A DNA stretch of 64,000 nucleotides from the human T2T-CHM13v2.0 reference genome, Homo sapiens (GCF_009914755.1 NC_060927.1), one strand, 5' to 3'. Positions 21,595-41,975 are shown, counted from the stretch's first letter. Notes: generated by a model not told the origin, from the sequence alone. Made by a program: numbers and translations.

Positions 21595-22694
21595 CCCCCG
21601 CCTCCCTGCACGGCCTCCACCGCCCCCCGCCCCGGTCCGGGCCTTGGGCTGGCCCCGCCGCTCGGGCCCCCTCCCGGGCCCCTGCCGCCGCCCCGGGCCC
21701 CCGCCCCTCCGCCTGTCTCTCCGCACCCCCGCCGCCCTCTGGGCACCATCTACTCCGCGGCCGGAGCCCCTCCGGCGTGCGGCCCTGGCTTTTTCCGCCC
21801 CCACCACAGCATCCCCGACGCTGCTGCCGCCTCCCGCCGCTCCAACATGGCTCCCGGCCGCCCCGATGGTTCGCTCCACCTCTGCCCCGGCGCCCGAAAC
21901 ACGGTGGTACAACCCATCGCGCATGGCAGCTCTGAGGACCGAAGATGTTGCCGCCATCTTTATTGAGGACGTGAGCGTTGCTCCTGGTGCTGAACAGAGC
22001 GCGAAGGTTCGCCGTCGTTGGGTCCGCCCTCCCCACTTTCGGTCGCCGCCTTCACCCACCTCCCTCCTTCTAGGGCGCTGTCCCAGCTCCGTCTCCCAGC
22101 CTTTTTCTGTCCTTCCAGATCTCTTGTTCCCCCTTCCTGACCACTAGTTCTGAACCGTGTCCCGGATTTTGGTCTGAAATTTTGGTGCCCATGAGCGTTC
22201 TCATAGCTCTGGGAGGGGGTACTGTGTGAAATCCTGGGGTAGAGGGGACGATGGCTGGAGAGGGGTCTGGGGTGCCAGCACCCCGAACAATAGCTTTAAC
22301 TATCCCATCAGCTAGTTTTATGAAACATGTCGCGACCACCTGCTTGTTTGGATCGCCCCTGCGGAGCAGGGACCAGAGATGACCCTCCCGAGGCGGGAGC
22401 AGAGGCCAAATTCTTCCCTGCCTTGCTGGTCCCCAGCAGTCTCCCGGGCTCGGGGCCCCTTCACTGGAGGCTGCACCCCCTCCCAGGCTGCGAGTCCCGA
22501 GTGCTCTGGGATGCCACGTGGAGCCCGGCGTTGCCCCATGGCTGCGGGCCCCGCTTCTTCGGGTCCCCGCCCCTCGTCCGTCACGACCGCATGCCTTAAC
22601 CCCTTGAAGGGACTGACACAGAAACTCAGTCCTCCCCCCACCCTCGGTGCATTCCAGCTCTCCCTGCGTAACTCCTGGCACGCGCCGGTCTCGC

Positions 22695-23170
22695 CAGGCC
22701 AATGGGTGGACCTGGCGCAACAGACGTCACGAGAGGAGCGGAGGCGAGGGGTGAACGCGGAGCACTCCAATCGGTCAGTCATTGTTTCTATTGGCACAAT
22801 GGGAGGCCCCGCCCCTCACGGCGGACTCATCGCATGGGGGAGGGGGCTCCGCGGGTTGCCGGCTAACCGTGAGAGAGTCCGGGAGGTACACTATACGGAC
22901 CGGCCTCCAAAGGCGGAATCGATAACGAGCTGCAGCGCCGGGTGCAGAGGACGCGGGCATCCCGAAGCCCAGGAAGAGGTCAGGGCCGGGACCCCAGAAC
23001 GCTCCACAGGGTGCGGCTCCCGCGATGGGGTGGATCCTGGTTCTAACAGGCGAGGAACTCCTGGCCAAGGCCTCTGGCCCGCCCCGAACGGTCCCTATGA
23101 CATCACCATCAACCAATCAGTCGGCGCATCCTTTCGCCCCTTGACTGCTCCGCTTCCGGGAGGCGGGGCT
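22695..23170 (+). promoter_or_regulatory. CCAAT/CRE/GC-box/ETS promoter cluster; probable promoter of a divergent lncRNA (LINC02585/CELSR3-AS1 region by recall)
   Basis: CCAAT at ~22699, ~22767, ~23113 and ATTGG at ~22790; GACGTCAC 22723-22730; CCCCGCCC ~22807; CTTCCGG ~23153; lncRNA exon structure not determinable. Confidence 0.6.
22891..23094 (-). CDS. NCKIPSD: Distal alternative last exon of NCKIPSD (GPFGAGQRPWPG...SAFGGRSV*)
   Basis: CATAG|GGACCG; 68 codons to TAG; phase 0 matches the exon 12 donor; peptide matches my recall of a SPIN90 isoform C-terminus; AATAGA at 22787-22792. Confidence 0.7.
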   Translation of the reverse strand, partial: GPFGAGQRPWPGVPRLLEPGSTPSREPHPVERSGVPALTSSWASGCPRPLHPALQLVIDSAFGGRSV

Positions 23171-23417
23171 TCTGCGGGTTCCACCTCCCGAGCGCCCCTT
23201 GTGGCTACCAAGGTCAGGCAACAGGTGTCCAGTTGTTCCCTCTCCTGTCTACGAATCTGAGGACCTCCCCAGGATCAGAGCTCTGGGCCTGATACACGGC
23301 CGGGGTTCCTACGGGTTTGTGAGTGGGGGTGGAAGATCTGCAGAGGCACTTAGGGCTGAACTCCTTTGAATGGGAGCCAATCGGTGCAGGGGCTGGAGGA
23401 GCGAGTCCCCCAAAGTA

Positions 23418-23701
23418 GTTTTATTTATCTATTTAGAGACAAGGTCTCACTCTTTCGGAGTGCAGTGGTGATCACAGCTCACCGTAGCCTCGAACTCCCC
23501 AGGCGATTCTCTCACCTCAGCCTCCCGAGTAGCTGGGACTACGGGTACATGTCATCACACTTGGCTAATTTTTGCATTTTTTATAGAGACAGGGTCTCAC
23601 CATGTAGGCCAGATTAGTCTTGAACTCCTGGGCTCAAGCAATCCGCCCATCTTGGCCTCCCAAAGTGCTGGGATTATAGGTGTGAGCCACCGCGCCCGGC
23701 A
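23418..23701 (-). mobile_element. Alu (AluJ-like)
   Basis: T-rich tail, GAGACA...CCCAAAGTGCTGGGATTA...CCCGGC. Confidence 0.9.
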
Positions 23702-24379
23702 ACCCAGAAGTGGTTTTGACAGCACCAGCGCTTTCTGTGTCCACAATCTAGTGAGTAGAGGGCACAAAACCTGACACCACGGAGGCAGACAGGCAGGGGC
23801 TCTGCCGGGGAAGGGTGTTGGAGTCCCAAAGGAGGCGTCTGAGTCACCTTCGCAACCTGGGAAGCCTTCTTGCATAAGATGCCTGAGCAGTGCCTTGAAT
23901 GACCAAGGGGAGATCCGCATCTGCAAAGGAAGGGCAGGGAGGGATAGGGATTGGGGGTGGGCATCCTAGGTCTTGGAGACTGTGTGGGCAAATGTGCAGA
24001 GACATAAAGGGACTATGGCTGAGGGAAATCAAGCCCTGCCCTCTCACCAATAGGGCTGGCGCTGGTCCCAGCTAACACTCCTTTTGGAGAGCAAAGCTCC
24101 TCACTTCTGAGTAGTGAGATTGATTGCGGATCACTCTCCATGTTGCTGCCTGCTGTGTGTCATCCCACTGTCATCCTCCCTTTGTGGCTGTTCTGTGGAG
24201 CCCCTCTCCCTCAATCTGCACTCACCTCTATGCCCCAGCCCCATTGGCAGCTCCTAATGCACTCCCGGTAAAAAAAAAAAAACAAAAACCAGATGTTAGT
24301 GATAGTGGTGGTAGTTCTTCTCTCCACCTCCAAATCTTGCCCTTGCCTCCTAATAAGACCCCTATGTGGTTTAACCTCA

Positions 24380-24581
24380 TTTTTTTTTTTTTTTTTTTTT
24401 TTTTGAGATGGAGTTTCACTCTGTCACCCAGGCTGGAGTGAAGTGGTGTGATGGGGCTTCACCATGTGATGGGGCTTCACCATGTTGGCCAGGCTGGTAT
24501 CAAACTCCTGACCTCTAGTGATCTGCCCGCCTCAGCCTCCCAAAGTGCTGGGATTACCGGCATGAGGCACCGTGCCCAGCC
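24380..24581 (-). mobile_element. Alu with internal deletion and 18-bp tandem duplication
   Basis: Right-arm start joined directly to left arm; GTGATGGGGCTTCACCAT x2. Confidence 0.88.
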
Positions 24582-24905
24582 TATCCTCCTTCTCTTATCA
24601 GCTCCCAACTAGAGGTCCACCCAGGACCCAGAGACCTGGATTTGAGGCTGCTGGGCGGCAGATGGAGCGATCAGAAGACCAGGGTAAGGGTGTGGCAGAT
24701 ACTGCCACTAACACTTCTCAGCCTTTCCTTCTCCTGCCTTTTCCACCCCACCCTGTGTTTGTCTACTCCCAGCCAGGTGTACCTTTCCAGGGGAAGACCT
24801 GGCCAACCTGTCCAGCTCAATTATCCAGCAGTTCTTTGACCTCACTGAGATCTCGAGTCCATTGTTCATCACCTCAGCTATTGACCTGTGTCATTAGCCT
24901 TATAG

Positions 24906-25252
<347 letters not shown>

Positions 25253-25459
25253 TGCCCTGTTCTTCTTAGACAAACTTGCTGGGCTAAAATCTAACCCCGT
25301 TAAAATAGACTATTTACGTATTGTTTGCCTCTAGCGCAGCAGAACATTGCTGGAGAAAAACAAACAACCGTGCTAATTGGTCTCATTTTATATTCATGAC
25401 CACAAGCCTCAGTATTATATCGGAGGGCCTATCCAGTGCAGTAGGGCAAGAAAAATAAT

Positions 25460-29920
<4,461 letters not shown>

Positions 29921-30683
29921 TTACACACCCATTCCTAGCTGCAGCTTCAGAAACTTCTGACCCAGGAAGTCAGCCCAAACCCCCTCACTGTCCCCCAAAA
30001 TTTGAGTTCTTCTCAACTCTACCCAAACACTCCCCTTTCTTGGGGTGGCTTAATGCTCTGTCTCATTGCCCTTCCTACTGCCTACCCACATATCACATCT
30101 ACCAACCTTCCACGCAGCCATAGACGTGTTCTATCAAAGACAGTTCCCTCCCCAAGAGGACTTCTCTGACTAATCATAATCTGCCTTTGGTTGTAATTTT
30201 GTGTTGTGAGGCCACCACAAGGGTGTTTGCTGAAGAGGTCCTGGAGTCCCCTCAGAGCACGCTTGCTACCAGGAGTCAGCATGTATGTAACTTCATCAGC
30301 TGGGGCTTCTGCTTCTCTTACAAACAGGTGCCAGGGCCCACCTTGGGCACTCCTGCAGAAGTGAGCAGAGGCTTCTGCCATGGGGCCATACCTTGTTTGA
30401 CCTAGGTGCCAGCACTGGGACAGATGGCACAGCACAGTCCTGCCGTTCCCACAGGGTTTGTGTGTGCATCATGACAGGAAACACAGCAAGTCACAAAGGC
30501 TGTCCGATGTCCCTGCCTCAGCTTCCTGAGGACCTGTGCTTTTTACTGAAATACACTATCTCATAAGAATACTTCCCTGCCTTCCGCACCCCAGTGAGAA
30601 AGGAGTTGTGACTGGAAGTCAGTGTCATTGACTTTGGATATGAAAAGGAGGCAGAATGTCTCCAGGGTTAAAAGTAGTAACCA

Positions 30684-31300
<617 letters not shown>

Positions 31301-32153
31301 TTAGTAACCAGGTTGTGTCCCACAGAGCTTTACTGGGGGCCAAACACTGTCAACCCCTCCTCAGGTCCCAGTGAGTTTGTGCACCTGGCCTTCTGACAGT
31401 AAGCGGTGAGCAGGGCATCCCCCACCAGGACCCCATACTTTCCTCCCATGGGTTTCCTATGGAATGTTGCTGCTTCAACTTCTAAGAGCCTCTTGCTGGG
31501 GGGCCCCATCCCTAGCCCTTGCCTCCCTGTGCTGCTTTACCTTCTTTTTGGGAGGATAACTGCCCTCTGTTTTCAGCACCCCAATAAGAAAGAAAAAGTC
31601 ATGACCAGAAGTCAGTGTCAGTGATTGCTGATGTGTGGAAACATCTGATGAATGAAGAGTTTGGGTAAAAAATAAAGGGAACTGATGAAAACCACTTGTG
31701 TGTGAAGCCTATATAGTGGTGTGTGCCTGTAGTCCCAGCTACTCGGGAAGCTGAAGTGGGAGGACTGCTTGAGCACAGGAGTTGGACATCAGCCTTGAAA
31801 AGATAGTGAGACTCAATCTAGAAAACAGAAACAACACTTCTGACTGGTGTCTGCCTGTGGGTTTCTGACTCTGCTCCCAAACTTATGGTGAGAACTTCTT
31901 TGCTAACTTGAGAGTCTGCAAGAGTGAAGTTTTTGCCAAATTTTGGCCCTTAGTTCCTCTAAAACACTAATGGAAACGTAACCCCATGCTTGTTAAGACC
32001 CTCCTTCTGCCCTACCATGATTACCAGATCTCTGCTGAGGTTGCAAGATGAGGTGATCTTGCTGGAAACAAGGACAAATGGGGGAAGAAAATAGGGCTGG
32101 ACAGGCCCAAGCATTCAGAGGCCAGGGCTGGGGGTAGGTAGGGGCCTGCTTCA

Positions 32154-32530
<377 letters not shown>

Positions 32531-32821
32531 GAAAGATGTAAGTGTGTAAGTGAAGCCTGGAGATGCAGACACCTGCGAATGGGCTGCTGAGGGGCACTTG
32601 GCTATGGCTGGGGCTCAGGAAAAGTGGAGCTCAGGGAAGAGAGGCTAGAACAGGGCTCAAAGGGCCTTGAAGGCCAGGCCTGTCAGGGTCCATCACCTCC
32701 TCAGGCTGGAGAAGTCAGTGCAAGCTGCAGTGATGGGGTCCTGAGGCCCCAGTACTTCTGCCCATCCTCTCCCACTGTCTCCCAAGATCATACAGGGAAG
32801 CCTGTTTCCAGATGCCTGTGA

Positions 32822-32827
32822 TTTATT
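32822..32827 (-). terminator. NCKIPSD: NCKIPSD poly(A) signal AATAAA (3' UTR about 32805-33504)
   Basis: TTTATT on +, about 680 nt after the stop codon. Confidence 0.8.
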
Positions 32828-33504
32828 TCCAAAGGAGAGCTACAGCACATAGGAAAATACACATGGCTTTTCAGTCTACATTTTTACAGAGAAAAGAGAT
32901 TCGGTCATTGGCTTTCTCAGTGCCATCATCCTGTTCCATGAGGCTCCAGGATGGATGGCCTGTCTCCAAGATCCCGCTTTCAAAGCAGCAGCTTGGCCAA
33001 GGCCTCTGGGGGTAGGAGTGAAGGGCAGCGACCCCCATGTGCGGGTGGAGGGGAGGACATGAGCAGCACTCACTGCAAAGCTAAGGCAAAGAATAGAGCT
33101 GGTGGGAGATGCCTCCCCTCACCCCAGGGGCATGGCTTGCTGAGGCCCAGGATACAGACCAGGAGGGGTGGGGATGGGGGTCTGGTCCAGCCTGGAGCGG
33201 CAGCAGGACTCTGAGTGTACACATGGGTGTGGGGTGAAGAGGGGGGCATGCTGAAGAGGAAGCCTACCAGGGTATAGAGGGGCTTTAGCTTGCATATTCC
33301 CCCTGCCCCAGAACAGCTCCCAGACCATGGTCCCCAATCCTACACTTGGCCCCTCTCTTAAGTTCTACTTCAGGTGGGGGTCCTGCTCAGGTTCCTTCTG
33401 CCACCTTATCCCCTCCCACTGTCAGTGCAAAACATTCTTAGGGCCAAGCCCCTGAGTCCCCTGCACACTGACTGGAGCTGCAGGGAAGGGAGGACAGCAA
33501 GGTG

Positions 33505-33708
33505 CTAGCTGGGAGCCTCCCCCAGCACCAGGAATTCCTTGCACATCTCTCGGACAATCATGCGGTCCATCTGGCACTGGGGTGAGGTCTCCTCCTCATT
33601 CAGGATGCGTCGCAGTATGGCCTGCAGGTCGGGTAGCCGGTGGCGGTGCTGCAGGTAGGGTGTGGTGCGGACTATAGCATGCATCAGGGAGAGGTACTCC
33701 ATGCGCAG
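33505..33708 (-). CDS. NCKIPSD: NCKIPSD exon 13 (canonical last coding exon)
   Basis: CAG|CTGCGC...TAG; [18 protein letters not shown]...GEAPS*. Confidence 0.95.
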   Translation of the reverse strand: MRMEYLSLMHAIVRTTPYLQHRHRLPDLQAILRRILNEEETSPQCQMDRMIVREMCKEFLVLGEAPS

Positions 33709-33789
33709 CTGTGGGAAGAGCAGGCCAGCTCAGGGACCCCAGGGAGGTACTGCAACCACCACTGGACAGGGACAGGACCCCACTGTCCC

Positions 33790-37300
<3,511 letters not shown>

Positions 37301-37526
37301 CCTCATCTCCCTCCACTCCCTCCTCTCCAGCCTCCTCCAGCCCCACCACCTCCAGATCACCTCATGGCTGGCTCCTTTGGGTCTTGGTGCACCTATCATG
37401 GCCTCCTACACTTACCTGGCTCCAGCAGTGGCCTTGCCCCCTCATCTCCACTCAATGTCATGCCCCCCACCATTTTGTTTCAGTTTCCACACAGTGACCC
37501 CCGCTGCTGCAGCCACCTCCAGGCAC

Positions 37527-37699
37527 CTTGTCTCCTGGTGACAGGTCTGCGATGTGCCGCACAGTGATGTCAATGAGAGCCATCATGTCTGTGTGGTAGA
37601 AGATGGCAGCTGTGGCCGGGCTGCCAAACACGTCCTGCAGGAACTTGAGGACAGAGTGTGGTGGCTGTGGCTCATGTTTGAAGATGCGCACAGGGTCAT
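37527..37699 (-). CDS. NCKIPSD: NCKIPSD exon 12
   Basis: CTAG|ATGAC...AAG|GTGCC; [21 protein letters not shown]. Confidence 0.95.
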
Positions 37700-37839
37700 C
37701 TAGGAGGCAGGGGTCATAGCGGTCAGGGTGGACCTTGTGGGGATCCCAGAGTCACCCCAGGGGGTTACGGGAGTCATTGCAGGGGTCATGGAGTCACAGG
37801 GCATGGAAGTGGTACCCGCGCAGATTCCCGGGCCCTCAC

Positions 37840-37932
37840 CCCCTCTGTTCAGGAGCAACAACAGCTTCTCGGAGAAGATCTTGACATTGGCGTGTTTGCT
37901 CAGGGCAGCCATGATGACATTCTGGTCAGCAG
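37840..37932 (-). CDS. NCKIPSD: NCKIPSD exon 11
   Basis: TTAG|CTGCT...GGGG|GTGAG; [13 protein letters not shown]...LLLLNRG. Confidence 0.95.
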
Positions 37933-38017
37933 CTAAGGAAGGACATGGGTATAGACAGGGTGCTGAGCCTGAGAGCCACCATGTGCTCAGCCACCGCCCA
38001 GCCAGGCCCCACCCCAC

Positions 38018-38146
38018 CTGGCAGGTGCAGGTTGAGAGCCAGAAGCAGGTTCACGCAGAGGTCCGGCAGCTGCTCTGTGGTGTCCAAGGGCAGCCCATCC
38101 TCGACGATGTTCAGTAGGAACTGGGCGAAAGGCGTGCCCAGGTGCT
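38018..38146 (-). CDS. NCKIPSD: NCKIPSD exon 10
   Basis: CCAG|AGCAC...CCAG|GTGGG; [18 protein letters not shown]. Confidence 0.95.
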
Positions 38147-38339
38147 CTGGGAGAGGGGCGCACAGAAGTCTGCAGCCCCATTCCCCTCCGACCCCCGCAC
38201 CACCCACCCTTCCTGGCTTTCTGTGAGCCTTGGGGATAGCCTCTCCCTGCTAGGCTGTGTAGTCAGCAGGTCCCAGGCCCTCGGGCAATGGGCCCTGGCT
38301 TAGGACCTGTGATCAGCTGGTCGGTTACTGCATTCTTAC

Positions 38340-38420
38340 CATAGTGTGCATAGGGCACTGCCTCTCCCATGGAGAAGACCATGGCCAGGATGAGGGCAGA
38401 GTAACAGAGTTTCTGGTGGT
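38340..38420 (-). CDS. NCKIPSD: NCKIPSD exon 9
   Basis: CCAG|ACCAC...TATG|GTAAG; [20 protein letters not shown]. Confidence 0.94.
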
Positions 38421-38537
38421 CTGGGGGGGACAAGGCAGGCAGTCAGAGTCCCCAAAGATGGCAGGAAACCCCAGCAGATGGCAGGAACACCCTCCAGATA
38501 GCAGGAAGTTCCCTCCTACCCCGCCCTCCAGCCTCAC

Positions 38538-38676
38538 CCTGCGTGTCTGTCTGCATGTCCCTCGCCAGCTCTACAGGCAGCACGGATGACACAAGCGTGG
38601 AGATGATGGCTGCATCCAGGCTGCACATGGCGCCAAAGCACTTGAGGAGCAGCAGCCGCAGTGATGCTCGGTGTTC
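38538..38676 (-). CDS. NCKIPSD: NCKIPSD exon 8
   Basis: CCAG|GAACAC...CAGG|GTGAG; [18 protein letters not shown]. Confidence 0.94.
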
Positions 38677-38763
38677 CTGGCAGGGAACCCTGCGTGCTCA
38701 GTGCCTGGAACTCCCCCACTATCTAGGTCTCTCCATTACCCCTCCCCTCCATCCTGCACATAC

Positions 38764-38850
38764 CATTTGGTAATAGGCCACCAAGGCCAGGACAGACTCG
38801 AACTCGTTTCTCTTGCACATTTTCTTGCAAACTTCAGGGTCTGCATCAGT
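38764..38850 (-). CDS. NCKIPSD: NCKIPSD exon 7
   Basis: GTAG|ACTGAT...ATG|GTATG; [13 protein letters not shown]...YYQM. Confidence 0.94.
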
Positions 38851-39021
38851 CTACAGAAATGAGGAAGTGAGAGCATCAGCCACCATGAGCGGAGCTGTGC
38901 AGCCGCACAAGAGAGGGCTGAGCACATATGTGTAGGGGAGACTCCTAGCACTGTGAGGGATGCTACAGGGTGGGGGCCACTGTTCCCCATGTGGGGTATG
39001 TGTGTGGGACCCCACCCTTAC

Positions 39022-39192
39022 CAGAATATGCAGCAGCTCCTCTAGGTAGCAGCGGATGACACCCTCATCCTCATATAGTGCCCAACTGCGCTGCTGGGCG
39101 TCGTCCTTCCGGCGAGCCAGGTCTGCAAAGATCACCTCCAGCCTCTGCTGGTCGTGGCAGACCTGCCCTGAGGGCAGGGCCATGCTGAGGTC
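39022..39192 (-). CDS. NCKIPSD: NCKIPSD exon 6
   Basis: CTAG|GACCTC...CTG|GTAAG; [15 protein letters not shown]. Confidence 0.95.
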
Positions 39193-40249
39193 CTAGAGGG
39201 AGAGGGCAAGGCATGACTCAGCACACTCCCTGCCCTCACCATCTCCAGGGAGCCTCCAAGGCCTGGAGAGTCCATCTGTGGACTTTTACTCCATGAACTC
39301 AAGTCCCTCCTGGCCCACACTGGACAGGAGGCTCAACTCCAGTCTTGATGACCTCCCAGGACAGGAGTCAACGGGAGACTCATCTGTAGGGGGTTTTCAA
39401 CAGCTCGCCTCTCATCCCAGACCTGGATAAACACCCCCAACTAGGAGGGCCATGAACTCTGTCACTGCCAGAATGTGACTCTGAGACCTCACTCTCCCAT
39501 TCCACACAAAATGGCACAGGCCTGTCATCTACCAACTTGCCACATTTTCCTTGAACCCTGCTGACCAGGCACTAGCTGTTGTGCCCAGCACAGCCAAGCC
39601 CATTGGCCCACTCCCCAACACCCAAACCAGAAGTGTAACAGGAACCATGGAGCACTAAAGAGGGACCTTTGGTCTGTCTGACCCCCATCATGTATGCTGG
39701 GCTCACTGCCCCCATCCTGCTCATGAGTGCCAAGGATCCCACCCATCCCATGATGCCCACACACCTCACTCCCTCTCATCCATGTCAGCACCTAGGACTC
39801 CATCCCAGCTCTCCCAGCACCCATGTCTCTTACTGCCAAGGTCAGCAAGGCACTACCCTCACCCACGCCGTGTCCATTCCTTCCCTGCAGCCAGACAGAA
39901 CTCTTGGCCACCCGCATGTCGTCTTATCTGTCACCTGCCCCAGGTCTCACCTCCTCCTACAGCACCCACTCCCTCACTCCCTGTGTTCCAGTCCTGCAGG
40001 CCTTGTTCCACTTCCTCCCACAAGCCAGGCTCAGTCCTGCCTTGTGGCCCTTGTCCAGGCTGCGCATCTGCCTGGAATGCTTGTCCTTCCTTTCTGCTTC
40101 AGAAATCAGCTCAACGTCCCCAGTGCCCAGCACAGTAAGAGCTCAGAGCCAGAGCTTGAGAAATACCTGTAATGTACAGGCTGGACAAGTGTGTGACGGT
40201 GGGAACAGGGTGGGTAGCAGGGTGGCCCTGCTGTGCCGCCCACCCTCAC

Positions 40250-40743
40250 CTTGCCCTCTACGAGTGAGAGGAGGACCTGCTCCATGACTGGTGAGCTGGC
40301 CGGCACCGAGGCCTGGATGTGACCCACTATGATGCCGATGGCCACCCGGCATAATTCGTGGCTCAGGCCAGTGTTTCTCCGCACCAGCTCCATCAGCTCG
40401 GCCCCAATGGTCCTGGGCACAGCCGCCTCAGCTGCTGCCTTCTCCTCTGTGGTCCCCAGGCTCAGTGTACCCAGGGCTTCCAGGTCATCAGAGGCTGAGG
40501 TTGTACCAGTTGCCACTTCTTCTTCTGCAGGGGGTTCAGGTGCTGATGCCTTGGAGGGAGGGGGCTGGACTTGGGACACGGTGGTGTGGGTGCCTCGGCG
40601 GGGCACAGGTGGGGGTGTGGGTGAGCAGCTGGAGCCTGGTTCAGATGGGCTGGAGCTGGTATAGAGCGTGTCCAGGGAGGTGCTGCTGACTGAGGAGCCG
40701 CTGGACACAGAGTTACCCCCGGAGGGCATGGTGTTGTGGCCAC
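40250..40743 (-). CDS. NCKIPSD: NCKIPSD exon 5 (Ser/Pro-rich)
   Basis: GCAG|GTGGC...AAG|GTGAG; PPPVPRR; 494 nt. Confidence 0.95.
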
Positions 40744-41007
40744 CTGCGAGCAGTGAGTAGAAGCTGGGCCAGGGCAGCCCCCTGGAAAACCATACCCTTC
40801 ACAGCCCAGATCCCCTGTCCCCTAACACAGGGCCTAGTTTCTCTGCTAGGCACTGCCTCCTCACAAAGCCCAGAGCCCCTAATTGCCCCAAAATGGGAGT
40901 CCTGTCCTCTTCCCCAGCTTAGAGCCTCCATTTCCCTGACACAGGCAGCACAACCATTCCAAGCATAGGGTGCCTCCACCTGAATTCCCCTAACCCTGCC
41001 TTCTTAC

Positions 41008-41119
41008 CACTCCCAGAGGCCATCAGGGCCTCGCGGTCTCGGCGCTTCACTGGTGGGGGCGGTGTGGTGGGTGCTGCTCGGCGAGGCTGTGGTGGGATCT
41101 GGGAAGATGGAAGTGGGAT
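41008..41119 (-). CDS. NCKIPSD: NCKIPSD exon 4 (proline-rich); alternative acceptor at 41098 removes 7 aa
   Basis: CCAG|ATCCCA twice, 21 nt apart; donor AGTG|GTAAG; IPLPSSQIPPQPRRAAPTTPPPPVKRR. Confidence 0.93.
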
Positions 41120-41310
41120 CTGGAAGATGGAAGTAGGATCTTGGAGGACAGACTGACATCTAGAGCGCCAGCGAGGCTCGGGCCCTGAGCCCTGGCTGTG
41201 GGCAGGACTATGGCTCTGGGCCGCATCACTCCTGAGTGGACCCCTTGAGCCTCTGGATGAAGCCTCAAGTTCCACCCACCTCCCTTCTCCACGATGTCCT
41301 CCCCACACAC

Positions 41311-41515
41311 CTGGTAGAGGCCTCCATCTGCCCCAAGATGCTCAGAACTGGGTAGGCTGTGCTGCCGCTCGAACCCAGCTCGACACACCCCATTGGGCTG
41401 CCTGGCTGCAGCAGCATCCAAGTGGTGGTCACTGGTTGATGAGGTCATAACTGCAACACTGGAGGCTGAAGGGCCTCTGCGTGACAGGGTCTCTTTCCGG
41501 TGGTGGATCAGCTTC
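41311..41515 (-). CDS. NCKIPSD: NCKIPSD exon 3
   Basis: TCAG|GAAG...CAG|GTGTG; KLIHHRKETLSRRG. Confidence 0.94.
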
Positions 41516-41865
41516 CTGATGGAAGGACAGGAAGACTATTGGGGGGTTGCATCTCACAGCTCAAAGTCCTCATATGCCCCTGTGGGATGCTGGGACCCCA
41601 TAGCCCAGGCCCCTCAGACATCCCCATCTCCTCCATGCTCCACCCCAGCCTACAGTACCCCATACTATCCTCAGTCCTGCGCTCTGCACACCCCTGGTGC
41701 TCACTGAAGGACCCGACCCCACCTTGCTCACTGGGAGGTGCCATTCCCCCACCACCCTTGCCAACCCTCGCATTTCCCAGGCCCACCTGCCCCATGACAC
41801 TCATTGAAGAACCCCACCCCACCATGCTCACCGGGAGGTCCCACTTCACTCCCCTCAACACTCAC

Positions 41866-41975
41866 TGGAGGACTCCACGCTGTTCCAGGCTGTACTTGCC
41901 ACCATCCCGCATGGCTGTGTTGTGTACAGCCTCGATGGCCCGGTCAATGGCCTGGAGGACATCCTGCTCCAGGCC
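41866..41975 (-). CDS. NCKIPSD: NCKIPSD exon 2
   Basis: CCAG|GGCCTG...CTCCA|GTGAG; GLEQDVLQAIDRAIEAVHN. Confidence 0.95.

Larger units (their letters stand above)
19850..23320. promoter_or_regulatory. CpG island containing the CELSR3 promoter and a divergent promoter
   Basis: Dense CpG; YY1-like AAGATGGCGGC (minus, 21950-21960); GC boxes; RE1-like site 21974-21994. Confidence 0.85.

Noticed and set aside
17821-22059. 1412-aa ORF as the literal CELSR3 exon 1 product
   Set aside because: Its first codon is GTG and it runs past the donor at 17847; the signal peptide places the start at 21594
20496-23260. Long + strand ORFs (283, 397 and 293 aa) in the CpG island
   Set aside because: Antisense shadows or stop-poor GC-rich sequence; Pro/Arg/Gly-rich with no recognisable domain
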